A stretch of 64,000 nucleotides of DNA. Origin: Lophium mytilinum. Lineage: Eukaryota. Position 1 is the stretch's first letter. Each line of letters begins with the position of its first letter. The notes under the pieces are model-generated. The model made no database searches and was not told the DNA's origin. It saw nothing but the letters and a program-made list of their open reading frames with translations. Positions 37,598 through 50,000 of this stretch are shown piece by piece. A program made the position numbers and the translations under genes. Location: contig MU004187.1 of assembly GCA_010093605.1 (NCBI GenBank), forward strand, positions 1,912,882 to 1,976,881, written 5' to 3'.

Positions 37598-39587
37598 CTA
37601 TGGCCGTCGTTTCAGACACTCGTAGATCAGTCGGTTGGACTCCGCTGGAGAGAGGCCATCCTCTAATATCGGGTGGTCTATAGGATATGGATCCTCAGGC
37701 CGGATACTTTCCTGCTCCTCGCTAGTCGTTACCTCTATCTCTGCATCTCCGTGAAGTGTAGCTTCCCTAGGATTGTCTTCGACGCTGAGGGAAGCCTCTT
37801 TGTCGTCTGCGTGTGTGTTTCGGTGTAATGACTCTTCTTCGGGATCCCAAGCAGCTTCGTAGGACGGGAGGGACAACTCATTTTCGCTACAATCATCCTC
37901 AATGTCCCGCGATACCTCCTCTTCCTCTTCGGCGGAGAGCTGGCCTGCTGTCTCCTCTTCGGGCTCGTAGAGCGCGCCGGAAAATTCGACGGCTACGTCG
38001 TCTTCGGTAGGGTCATCATTGATACCCTCGGCAACCTCCTCGACAACCTCATCTTCGCTAGGAAGTTCGCCGAAGACACTCTCTGCGACATCAAGTGCAT
38101 CAGAAGATTCTATTGACGCGTCATTTCCGCAAGGGCTGTCATGACTGCACTGGACATCATCGCTATCTGCTTCTTCGCCAGTATCTCCACCTGTCGTCTC
38201 GTTTTCGGAATTTTGAGCTGCATCGGAGGGTTCCACCAACACATTATCGATCGCATCTTCGGTGGGGCTATCCTTGGTGTCCTGGATATACTTCTCCTTT
38301 TCCTCCCAGATGGACGCGTCCGCTTGATCCTCTTCCACATTCTCGACTGCCCCAGAAGGTTCGGTGGAGATCTCGACTGCGCCAGAGCTATCTTTAACCT
38401 CCTGGACGCATTCCTCCTCCACTTCATGAGAAGAATTTTCGGCTGCCTTCTCTTCGGGGTCTTCATTTATGTCGGAGGGATCGATCGGCGTATCATTGAT
38501 CTCGCTCGATCCCGCACGCGAGGGCGCCCGATCAAAGAGGTCCTCTTTTGATTCTGTATCACGGGTGGACGGCTGTGAGCCCTCTCTGGGTACGATGTTT
38601 GGAAGCATGTCAAGTTTGCTGCGTAGTGAAGCTTGTCTCGACTTGCCTTCTTCAGCTAAAGGCTCTGATGAGCCTTCCTCGGGAAATTCTTCGTCGTGGA
38701 TATCTTTGTCGGGAGCATCTTTGTCGGGAGCGTCGTTGTCGGAGGTGTCCTCGTCGAGAGAGTCCTCATCGGGAACATCTTCGTCCTGGGAAGCTCCGTT
38801 GAAGAATCCGTCGTCCGGGACATTCTCACGGAGGTCTCCTTCATCCAGGGACTCTTCGTCGTCGATGGTCTCTACATCGCTGTAGTCTTCATCATCAGCG
38901 TCATCGTCATCTTCGCCAAGAGGATCGCGAGGCCGCGACAGTCTAGGTTTATACACCGGATGCTCTCCGTCACTCTCTGAAGACTGGTCAGAATCCGAAT
39001 CTCCCTCTCGATCCTGATCAAGGTTGTCTTGGGAGCTCAAGAACCTGCTCACTCCTTCAACTCCTTGTCTTACTCTACGTCTTGCCTCCTCTTCGGCATT
39101 CAAAAAGGCGGCAATACGGACTTTTATCCGTCTCTCAATTTCTTCCCTCTCGAGGAGTCGACGTTCCTCCTCAGCCAAGGCGCGTTCCGCGGCCTCCACC
39201 TGGTTCTCAAGCTCAACGATACGAGCCTCGATCATTTCAAAAATTTGTGCATCACTGTATTGAGGTTCATCCCTGTTCTGAGTCCTGGTGCGCCTTGTAC
39301 CAAATATCGAGCTCGTGGGATAGTTCGCACTCTATCATAATCTGTAAGCATCAATCACACAAAACTTCCCCAAAGAATAGGCTTACAGAATTCGCGGAGA
39401 ACTGCTGGAGCCTCTGTCTTAGCATTGCGTTTTCGAGATCCTGTCGCTCCTGATTCGCTACCCTGATGACCTCATCTAGAAAACGCTCTTCTGCTCTCTG
39501 CGCCTTCTTCTCAGCCCTGGTGAGCTTCTTGGCCGCGACCGGCTTGCTGGGCTTGCTGGACTTCTTCGTTTTGTTCTTGCGAGACAT
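37598..39587 (-). CDS. Orphan protein A (~644 aa): K-rich N-terminus, coiled coil, long acidic low-complexity region
   Basis: Exon 39587-39387 plus phase-0 intron 39332-39386 joins in frame to the 545-aa ORF. Confidence 0.7.
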
Positions 39588-40740
39588 GGCTGAATCCAGG
39601 GACGTGGTAGGATGGTGGAAGTTTAGGGGACAGGATTGAGGTTAGCACTTATGAAGTAAAGTGCTGGTGGGCTAGGAAGGGTAAACATGATAGAGATGGT
39701 AGGTTAGTAAAGAATCCTTTCAAGCGATTCTGCGTTTGCTTTGCGCACTCTCCCGGTTTGCACGTGTAGTCTCGCGGTGTTTGGTGCTTTGAGGGAGAGC
39801 TGTCTTAGACGAGAGTGATGTCAGTCAATACAGCTATTCCTTTTCATAGTTTGATGGACAAAACGCTGATGAAGAGAAGCAGATCTTGAGATGTAGCTAT
39901 GTAAGCCCTAGATTCAAACTCCGCAGGTCGCAGCATATTCATTACTGCGATGAAAAGGTCTACCTGATAAAAGCGTAGCCTTTTAGTTCCTAGATTCAAT
40001 CAAATGAGATATCATGTCCAGTGTAGAAAGATCCTGAAACCATTTGATCTTTCGAAAGCCGCTGTCCGTCTCTCCTCCTTCCCCGAAACGCCACACTACT
40101 TCTCGCACTCCCTACGCTCAGTCTATAAACATCCTTACCTCATCACATCATAAACCACACGTTCCATGAGATATTAATTATAACATGTCGTTGGGATTCC
40201 TTGCATTATCTATCGACGAAACCACTGACACTCCCAAACGCTCGCTTGCTAATCCGTCCACCTGGCCTACCGGCTTCCATCATGAAGAGGCGTGCCCCTA
40301 CCTCCCGAAAATGGGTGGCAAGATCATGGTTGCAAGTCGTAGCATGCCTTTGGTAAGGCTGCCTGGGGCACTCCTACGAGTTTTGAGAGTTTAGGCGCGA
40401 TATCAAGTCCCAAGCATGGTAGATTAGACTGCTCCTTGACTCACTGACTCCTAACTAGCTGGGCCACTGCACTCAGTGGTGTCAAGTGTGCAAGATTGGA
40501 GCCGTGCAATGATGAATCTGTATGCCCAAAACCAATGAGAAATGACAGGAAACCTCCGCAAAGCCAACCGCCTGCCGCACTTTCAATCACCCATGACAGA
40601 GTGTCATGAGCAAAATGAAAAAAACAAAGAACCCTTCGCATTACCGGCCCCGTGTGTCTCACTTGCTCAGCTTGCTAGCGCTCCGGGCTGGCAAACTATG
40701 AAAGAAACTGGAAGCAGGAACGATACAAAGCGCCAGTAAT

Positions 40741-42948
40741 CTAGCCTGTAGAAGGCTTCGTGCTCGAATTCCTGCCATCGATGGTGGTGTCGCCACGGGC
40801 TGTATATAAAATCCGCTCGGGTGTCGAAGAGCGAGGGGATGCTTTTACTCGCGAACGAAACGGAGTAAGTGATCGCGATGATGAATAGCCGGAATCGCGA
40901 CCGCGCTGCTGCTCTGCCACCTGCGCCTTGATGTATTCATGGAGGCGTTGGTTGCACTCCTCAATAGAAAGACGATCTGGATCAATAAGGCGACCACTGC
41001 CGAAGATATTCTCGGGAATATCAAAGTTGGAATTGGCGAATCCAGGTCTGGATGCTGCATCCTCTCCGAAGCAAATGTTCACAACCGCCAGCGACCCAAG
41101 CCAGAGGAAGATACCAGAGTTCCAAAGCTTTGGAAGAAGGAAGTACACGCCAAGTAGCATCAGAGCCAAGGAGAAGAGGTATTTCCATTCAAGGAAATCC
41201 TTGCCGTACGTCAAAACCTCTTCGATACCGGGCAAATCGTTCCCAAGATTCTTTGGCTCGTCCTGTTCCTGAGCCATATAATGGAGAGGCTCATCGATAG
41301 GCTCCGAGTGAATATCTTTTGGCTCATTAGAAGGCTCATCGACGGAGAAGCTGGCATCGGATAGGATCTCAATGAATCCTGGTAGAATGAGCTCGACCTC
41401 TTCTTTTTCGGGGAGAGCTCCGGTGGTTCCTTGGGCCAATTCCTGGGATTGTTTCTCGACCGGCTCTTCGATTAGTGGATCGTTTTCTGTGACCTCGACA
41501 GCATTTACGTCCTCTGCATCGTTCTCCATACGATCAACAAGATCGTTGTCAGATTCGTACTCATAGGCCTCGTCCTCGTCCGAGCTCTCATCAGTAAAAT
41601 TCGAATCGTCTTCGTCGTCACTCTCCTCTTCGTCATTCATCGCTGGATTGTCCTGGGGCGCCGCGCTCGGCGTCTCAAATACCGGACTAAGATTGGATAG
41701 AGTAGCTAGGAATTCAGGAAGAAACGCATTTGATTTTGGCGCATCGGCTGACTGGGTAGGAATCTCCTCTGTAGATGACTTCGGCTCATTAACGTTCTGG
41801 GTGGGCTGATCAAAGCTCACTAGTGATTCATCTTCCCTAGAGTCCGGAATTATGGCAGTTTCTTCCGAGATTTGCACGTGGTGATCCTCTGATGGTGCTT
41901 CTTTCGATCTGACAGCTAGATTGACATCATTCGAAGCAATTAGAGCCGATTTGATGATGTTCGTCTCCTCAATAATATTATGATCCAAAACAGCCTTGGT
42001 CGAAACATGCAGCTGTGTCGGAACACTAGATTCGATGTCCCTGTCATCCAGTTGGTCAGACCTATCAGTAGCCGACGAGCCCTCTGTGATACTACCGGAG
42101 TGGGCAGTTTCCTCAGATGATTGCTTCTGTCCGAACACAACATCAGGAGCTGATTGCCAAATCGGTCCGAGGAACCACTTCTCGGCAGGGCTGTCAGTGG
42201 CCTCCGACTTTAATGACGTTGAAGAAATGATAGGCGGCTCAGTCAATTCCTCCATTGAGCTAGAGCTAGAGGTTGGCTTGTTCGATTTGAAAGTCAGGCT
42301 TGCGGGAGCACGAAAGGTGAAGGCAGCGGGCCCAAATGTGGACGCGGCTTGGAGCTTCTTCTGCGCGCTCGCGAAACAGGGGCTAACAATAGCTGACGAC
42401 AAGGCTGACTGGCTACCAACAGAGCTAGACTCGCCGCTCATTGCTTTGATCCTCAGGGCCTCCTTGCAGTGTGCTGGAGTTTTCCCAAACAGTGAACGGG
42501 TTGCGTCCTGGAGAGCACGCCGCTTGCTATACGTCTGAATTGCAGTAACGCGTTGGTCGGTCAACTCAAGCAATTGGTCGGAGTCGAGGTCCTCAAGTTT
42601 TCCTTCTTCCTGCGCCGTGGCGAAGTCGTCGGACTTCGCTTCAATAGGCTTGCCCTGGAGTCTATCTTGGACCTATCCTTCGTTAGTGAATCGCATCATA
42701 TTTATACATTCTGGAGAATAACTTACATTACGCTTGCGAAGCTTCTTTTCAGCTGCGCGCTTTTCTTTCTCGGCTTTCAGTGCGGCCTCTCGAGCCTGTT
42801 GTTCAATCATCTTGCGCTCCTTCTCTGCCGCGTTGACGGCTTGAGCCAGGGCTTTATCTTCTTCCATCTTTGCCTTCTTCTGTTTCTTCGCCTCCTGCTT
42901 TGCATTCAAGGTCTTGGGAGGCTTCTGAGCGTTCTTAATACCGGCCAT
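40741..42948 (-). CDS. Orphan protein B (~717 aa): K-rich N-terminus, acidic region, two C-terminal hydrophobic helices
   Basis: Exon 42948-42727 plus phase-0 intron 42673-42726 (GTAAGT...CTAAC...TAG) joins in frame to the 610-aa ORF. Confidence 0.72.
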
Positions 42949-43505
42949 TGTATGGTGTGGTAAGAACGTTGAGTTTGATGATGTTAGGGGTGGCGGAGTG
43001 TGGGTGTTGTGGCAGCTAGGCACGTAGTCTAGGAGTCCGGTGAAGCAGAACTTGATTTACGAGGAGGTATCGAGGTGTTATTGTGCAAAGTGGACATATG
43101 ACTATGTTGTAGATGTTGACTGTGGAAAAGCTGGTGGGTGGGTGTGTGTGGTGTGAGAAGACCTTGAAGTGGAAAGTACACGGTGGGCGGCTAGGAGCAG
43201 GTTTTTATAGACCAGTGAATATTCGAGGTTCGCTTCCTTCCAAGCGTGCTGCAACCCAGGGCAGGTGTTTCTTGTCGAATTCGGATCTGTAAGGCTCGCG
43301 TCTGTCCACGGCTGCTGGAAAGTGCACACCGAAGCATGTAGGGACTTCTTCAGTGACTATCAGTGGCTCGGTGTCCCCTTTCACAGGACATAGATAAACC
43401 ACCGCATCCACCAGTTCCCTCTCTTACCTCTATCACCAGTCACACCAATTACACCACTAACTTCCCACAACCACCACCAACTTCCAGTAACCTTTCTTGA
43501 GCAAA

Positions 43506-44328
43506 ATGTCGAGGACAACCTCAGAGAGAGACCAAATCCTGAAAAAGGTTCAAGAAGATGCGGCTTTGTGCCCTTTTGCCAAGCGTGTTGTACCAGCGTA
43601 AGCAGCAAAGCTCCCCGAGTGTGTACCAAAGTGATGTCGAGCTGACCATGTTATGCAGGTCGTGTTACGATACTATCGTAACCGTCACGGTCGGAGCCGG
43701 AGAGGAGAAGAAAACTTTCCAAGTCTACAAAGGCCTGATATCTTTCCATTCGTCCTACTTCGCTCGTGCCTTCAACGGGAGCTTCTCCGAGGCTGAAAAG
43801 GAAACAGTCGAGCTCCCTGAAGATGAGGTGGACGTCTTCGACATCTTCTACTACTGGATCAACAGCGGCAGGCTCCGGGGCCCTCTACGACTCGACGTAC
43901 CTCAGGTGCCATTACCCTGGGCCCTCCTCATCAACCTGTGGATCTTCGGCGACGCGCGTGGGCGTCCCGCGTTCAAAAACGCAGTAATTGACGCCTTGAC
44001 GCGTAAGAGCAACGACGAAAGCTGTTTCCCTGGACCTGGTACCATAAACCGGGTCTACAAGAACACGTTAGACGCATCTCTCCTCCGAAAATGGACTGTA
44101 TTATCCGCGTTGCAGGTTCTCAGCTTGAAAGTCCTGACTCAACGAATCGAAACATACCCACCGGAGTTTGCGGGCGACTGGACGAAGGCTCTCTCTGCCA
44201 ATGTAATCGATGATGGCAAAACTGTGTTCAATGCTGTGCTCAAGAAGGGGCTCGAAGCGATAAAGGTTGGGTGCCAGTTCTACGACCATACGACCCCTGA
44301 AGAGCACGCCCATTGGACTCAAACTTGA
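43506..44328 (+). CDS. BTB/POZ domain protein
   Basis: IVTVTVG..KTFQVYKGLISFHSSYFARAFNGSFSEA..VELPEDEVDVFDIFYYWINSG..LWIFGD..FKNAVID; intron at ~43598-43658. Confidence 0.9.
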
Positions 44329-45011
44329 GCTGTAAACTGAGCAAGTCACTCGGTTCTCTGGAGTATGATCTATTTTTGTCTACGAAGCATTATCATCATT
44401 GCCTATTTTTCTGGTTGCTCAATCCAGCAATCGGATGTCCATCTTCTTTAGGCTATTTGAGCGGAGGGCGGGGCGGAGCTCTGGCATACGATTATCCATA
44501 GCTCGTGACAGGCGGAAATTCTACTTTTTTTGACACAAAGACTTCATGACTTGACTAAAGAAAGCTGAGACTGAGACTGAGATATACTTACCCCTTTAGA
44601 GAAGCTCGATATATAGTTCGGCCACCTCGGATGATGTTTGACAGCTGAATATGAGACCTATCGCTACCAAATCTATTCGATAAATTCAGACACCAAGAGC
44701 AGTGGCAGGGGAGTGTACACCAAGGTGTTGTATGATGGATATCGAATGAGGGCAGGGCGATCGGAGCAGGAAAAGATGATGAAACTTGCGACAAGAAGGA
44801 TGGGGGGTAAAAGGCCTATGGGACCTACTTATACCTATAATCTGTCCGAAATTAGTAGCTAGCAGTCTATTAATCATTCTCACTTCTTTATGGCCTGGTC
44901 ATTCTTATCTGAAACTACAAGGTCCTACTCGCCTAACTCTTTACCCCCTTCTTCGCCCCATCGTCCCTTGCAGTCTCGGGTGCGCATACCATTTTGCAAA
45001 AAAGGCCGCTT

Positions 45012-46030
45012 ACCTGGTTCAATAACAGAGTAGCAAGATTTCCAGTTACGGAAGTAAGACTAGACATGGATACCCAACCATATGCAGCCCCATGAGTCGC
45101 AGGTTTCTGGTCGAAGATCTCCAGGCTATCCGTACTTACGAATGCCCACATGAGTATGGCAATGAATGCGACTGACACGATGATGGACTTGACCATGAAC
45201 AGCCAACGAAGGTTGTTGGGGTGCATGTATAAGAAAGGGATTTGGATCAGCCAGAACAGGAAGAACGAAACCATAGTGTTAGTGGCGATGCCCTCACTTT
45301 CCGGAATGTGATTTGGTGGTGTCAGAAAAGACGGCCAAATGGCTCCAAGCATGACTCTAACGGTGTTCGCTCCATTCATGGTCTGAATAGCGAACCAGAA
45401 GATAGCAAGAATGACGCGTGAGAGTATAGCCACGTAAGAGCCCCAGAAGCCCCAGCTTGCGCGTGCAAGAACAGGAAAGGGTGCATGATCTTGAATATAC
45501 TTTAGACAGAATGCGTCTAGAGCTAAGTTTATGGAACTTACGAATGACTCCTGTTGCGCCGTTCAGAGAAATGACAATGGAGATGATGAAGAAACCCAAG
45601 GCCACAGCGCCCAATGATTCTCGCCAAGTAAGTCCGACGGCGACGATGCCAGCGGCAAATTGCCAAGTGGCGGCGCTAGAATAGTGGTGGCCCATTAGCA
45701 TGCCGTACAGCGATCTTGTAATAACGAACTTACTTAGAAGCATCGGATATCCAATATGCGATGAAGGATAGGACTCACCTATCATCATTCAGCAACTATC
45801 GATGCGGCAAGCTAGAATAATTGAGATGGCGTACCACTTTCGAGCATGTTCAGGCACAAGATTCAAATCCTTATTCGTCCTAGATGCCACTAGTTAACCC
45901 TTACTCGACCTGATATGACAATTGCGGAGCACTCACCATCGCGCGTTGACTTCAGCAAAGACGGATTTCGGCTGCTCGACCTTGAGATGCGGTTTCTCGA
46001 ACTTTGTGCTGGGCTTTGGTCTTTGCAGCA
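45012..46030 (-). pseudogene. Truncated NCS1 (Fur4/Fui1-like) nucleobase permease
   Basis: RWTNKDL..P..RKW, YWISD, AATWQFAAGIVAVGLTWRE, PFPVLARASWGFWGSY and WFAIQT motifs. In-frame TGA at 45775-45777, no in-frame ATG near the expected start, and similarity stops after NLATLLLNQ (about half of the protein). Confidence 0.8.
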
Positions 46031-47048
46031 ACTCTTGGATACAATGAAGGAACACATCGCAACCCACTCGTACGGCGAGGCCCACCTTTTAGAACCGCAG
46101 GACGATCAGCAGAGAGACAGCCGATGGTGGTACACGATGTCAATTGCCCAGCCAGGTCCAAGCCCGTCCTGTGTAATTATTGATAAGATAAGCTTCGACA
46201 TCCCAAGAATGTGAAGGTAGTTGGCAAAAGAGCATGTCAAGTCATTCGATCACCGCGTCGTCCAGATAAGCAACCCTACGAATATCACCGCCAACCTCGG
46301 AATTATTGCTGCTCGCTCCGAACGCGGGAATTGTACCCTGGCAGACGCTGTCTGGCCGAGACGGTACACCTATTAGGGTTCTCCAAGGACTGTCAACGGT
46401 TCTAGTCCTCCCGTAGGCCCAATTCACCACGTCTAGCTTTTGTCATCATACCTCGCAGGTAGCTAGTATATTCAGTATGCCATTGCTTTGATGTCAAAAC
46501 GGTCAAAATGAACGCGAGATGAGCGTGATCTTTAGTATGTTGTAGTTCTCATCCTTCCTGCTCAACTTAAGTCCCCACGTTCGATTCAGTGCTTCTAGAA
46601 CACGACCTTCCATTTGAATTACTAAACGTCTAGAAGGCTCTGCAGACTCTGTTAACATTGTCAAGTCCTATCAGAAACCAGGGGCGGCGAACACACCTTA
46701 GTCTGCGTACACCATATTGACACCGTCTGGACTAGTCCAAAATGTCATACTTCTCTCCTATGCGGAGCGCTGAAAATGCTACGAGGCGCATCACGCGGCG
46801 GCAAACGAGTGTACGGATCCTAGGACGGAACGATCAATATCAGCAAAATCAAACACCAAGCATTTCTGAGTAGGATAATTTGAACTTTCGAGAAGCTGGA
46901 TTCATACTATCCTACGAACGAGCAGCCAACCAAGGCGCCCTTCTCAGTCTCCAGGACCGGATAGTCAACATCAGCTATCTACTGCCTCCCCAATATCACC
47001 ACCCAAAACCGGCCCCAAGCCACCACAATCAGCCAACCGGACCCCCAA

Positions 47049-50000
47049 CTAGGAGTTCTTGAGCTGCTTGATTCTGCCGCCCGGGAGAGGGCTCGCGGCC
47101 CTGCTGCCGCCATTTGCCCCAACCCTGGGGCTCCTGGGAACGCTTGTCTGGCGCGTCCCCATGCCCACCGCTCGCTGGCTGTCCACAAGCGTCTTCTGTT
47201 TGTCCGCAAGCGCCTTGTACTGACCAGTCAGCGTGCCGTTCTTCTTCTTCAGCGACTCGTTCTCTTTCTTCAGCGACTCGTTGCTCTTGTTCTGGGACGC
47301 CGCCTGCATCTTGAGGCGCACATCGGCAGACTTCCGCTCCAAGATCGACTTCTCCTCCTCCAAGCGCTCGATCTGCTTGGCTTGCTCCAAGGCCGTTGAC
47401 GTGCCGCTCTGGTACTGGTCCTTCAAGTACTCGAACTCCTCGACCTTGCTGTCGTAGTTCTTCTGGAGTCTGACGTTTGCGGCCTTGATGTTCTCAACTT
47501 CGGCTCGGAGGGAAGCATTGTCGGCGACGATGGAGTTAACGGACGTGAGGTTCTTGGTGCGCTCTGTGTTGAAGTTCGCAGTAACGGTGGCGAGCTCTTC
47601 GTCCGTCTTCTCCAAGCGCTGCTTCAGCCTCATCTTCTCCGCAGTGAGGGAGTCGACGGTCAGGCTGGCCTGTCGGAGCTGTTCCTTGAGGTCCTTGATC
47701 TCAGATCGGTCCATCTCAGAGCGGTTGGTGAGATCTTGAAGAGACTGGGTCACCTCACTCTTGCGCTGCTCGCTGGACTTCAAGCGGGCATGGGTGATTA
47801 GGAGCTCGTTCTTGACGGTGTCGAGTTCAGCTTTGATAGCTTCGAGAGCAGTCTTGCTGGAGTGAGACATGTTGGGAGACTGAGTGAAGCCGCTGATGGA
47901 GTCGCTGATGCGGGTGACGTCACCGGTGTTGGAAGCGTCGTGAGGTTGTGGAGTGACGCGCATCTTCTTCGAGCCTCCAGAAGCTTCGACGTCCAAGGAG
48001 CGCTTGAGACTGGTGGAAGCTTGACGTGGGCTTGTAGACATTGAAGAGGACGAAGACGGTGAAGAGTCTTCGAGGCGGATGTAGTCCTTGATCGGAGGGA
48101 TTGATGGAAGTGCCCAGCCGACGAAGGTGATTCCGTTGCCGGGAGCACACTTCACCGCGAACCGGGCTAATTCCTTGGCAGCAGCCTCGTTCCAAGGGTC
48201 CTTCACGTTGGGGAATGCCTCGGGCAACTTTCCGACCTTGTCCTGTAGCTGGATGGTGCAATCGATAAGAATCTTGGTTCTCTCTGAAGCTGGGACTGAG
48301 CTGCGGATGCAGTACCTCACGTGCTCGGAGCTGTTGACGATGACTGGGTGAATGATGGGCGTGATGTGATTAGGATCCTCCACGTGGTTTCCACGCAGCT
48401 TCTTCACCTGGTCCTTGTTGTACGTATGATCAAGACAAATGATCATGTCCGTGTAGCGAATGACAGGATTGTCGTCCGGCTCGGTCGAGAGAATCGTGAC
48501 CAGCAGCTTCCCTTCCGAGTCCTCTGGAGACGACTTTCGCAGCTCACTAGGATACTCGTACTGAACTTTCTTCCCCTTCAAGAACCGTTCGAGCATGTCA
48601 AGGGCGAGATCGATTGCGACCAGAACAATGTGCAAAGGCTTCTCCTTGAGTGCTTTGAGTAGATAGTCGAGGAACTTGAACTTTGCACTAATGTCGCTGC
48701 AATATTTGGGGAATTTCTCGTCGCTCAAGTTCTCTGGGGTCCAAACGTCGGCAGGGGAAGCAAGCTCAATGAGCAGCTCGGAGGCATGAAGATCAGCGAG
48801 GAACGCGTCGATGCTCCGTTGGGTTGCCGAGCCCGCGGCCTCAGAGAACTTCCGAACAAGTTCTTGATAGTGGGACTTCTGCAGACCTGGAAGATCCAGT
48901 GGTACAATGTACTCACCCTTGTCAAGTTGCGGAATGGTGAGGGAGCGAGCGTTAACGTTGCTGTCCGAATTGGCTGGTATGACTACAGCTGGGGCAGATG
49001 CCACCGGCCGAGCAGGAGGGGACATCTCCATGGCCGAATTCGTCAATGCAGTCGTCCTCAGCGAAGTGTGAGATGTTTGAATCGGAGCACGATCTGGGAT
49101 GGTTGAAGGAGATCGGGTGCCGGGAACACCTGAGAAAGTGGGCGAGTTCGGCTGTTTGATGGAATCCTGTTCGGCTTGAGCTCGTTTCGCTTTCTCCATC
49201 CTATTCTTTGCGATGTTCCTCTGGATTCTATCTGCGATATCCCTGTCCTGATCAGAGCGCCTACGAAGCACCGTGGCAGGGTTGACAGCTCGCTGCAGTA
49301 GTGGAGATACGATAAATGAAGAAGTTTGCTGTGCAAGACCGTTCCGCACCGTGTTCGGAATAGCCGACGAGGAGCTTGAGCGCGGGGAAGGCTGCGAGGA
49401 CTTCGCGAAGGAATTGGGCGAGACGTCGTGGTCAGCGGAATTGTGCTCTAGAGGTGTACTCTGAACAACTTCAGTGGTTGGCCAGATGGAATCAGTAGAG
49501 TCGTCTTGAGCAGTCGAAGTGTAAGACGATGCAGGTACAACCTGAGCGGGCTGGAAACTGTGGTCGCTTCCTTGAGCGGGAGATTCAGTGCGGCGAGAGG
49601 GCGTTCCGACCGAGTCTACGGTTTCTGCTTGAGAGATTCCAGCAAAGTCGCGTCGCGTGATTCCGTCGTTCTCTTGAGCACCGACAGCTTCCTCCAAGGC
49701 GTCTCCGGTGGTTGGTTGTACAGGCTGGCTAAGGATTGGCTGTTCAGGCTGTGACGCAGTCTGAGTGGAGACAATGTAGGAATCCGACGGGCCCTGAGAA
49801 TCTGGGATAACACGTTCTTTCTCTACTCTCGTGGGCGTCGAGAGCGCTGCAGATTGCGGGGTGGTGGGATCGCCAACGCTGCCGTTCTCGACGCTGCTTC
49901 CCGCGATCTGACTGGTTCCGGCAGGAGACGAGCTGTTGTTCAAGACAGTCTGCTGGGTAGAGAAGCGATCGTACTCGGCAGGATCGAAGCCGGCCGGTCG

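Noticed and set aside
38690..38830. Imperfect 15-nt repeats encoding DKDAP/DNDAP/DEDVP
   Set aside because: Ordinary low-complexity coding repeats with no spacers; not CRISPR-like.
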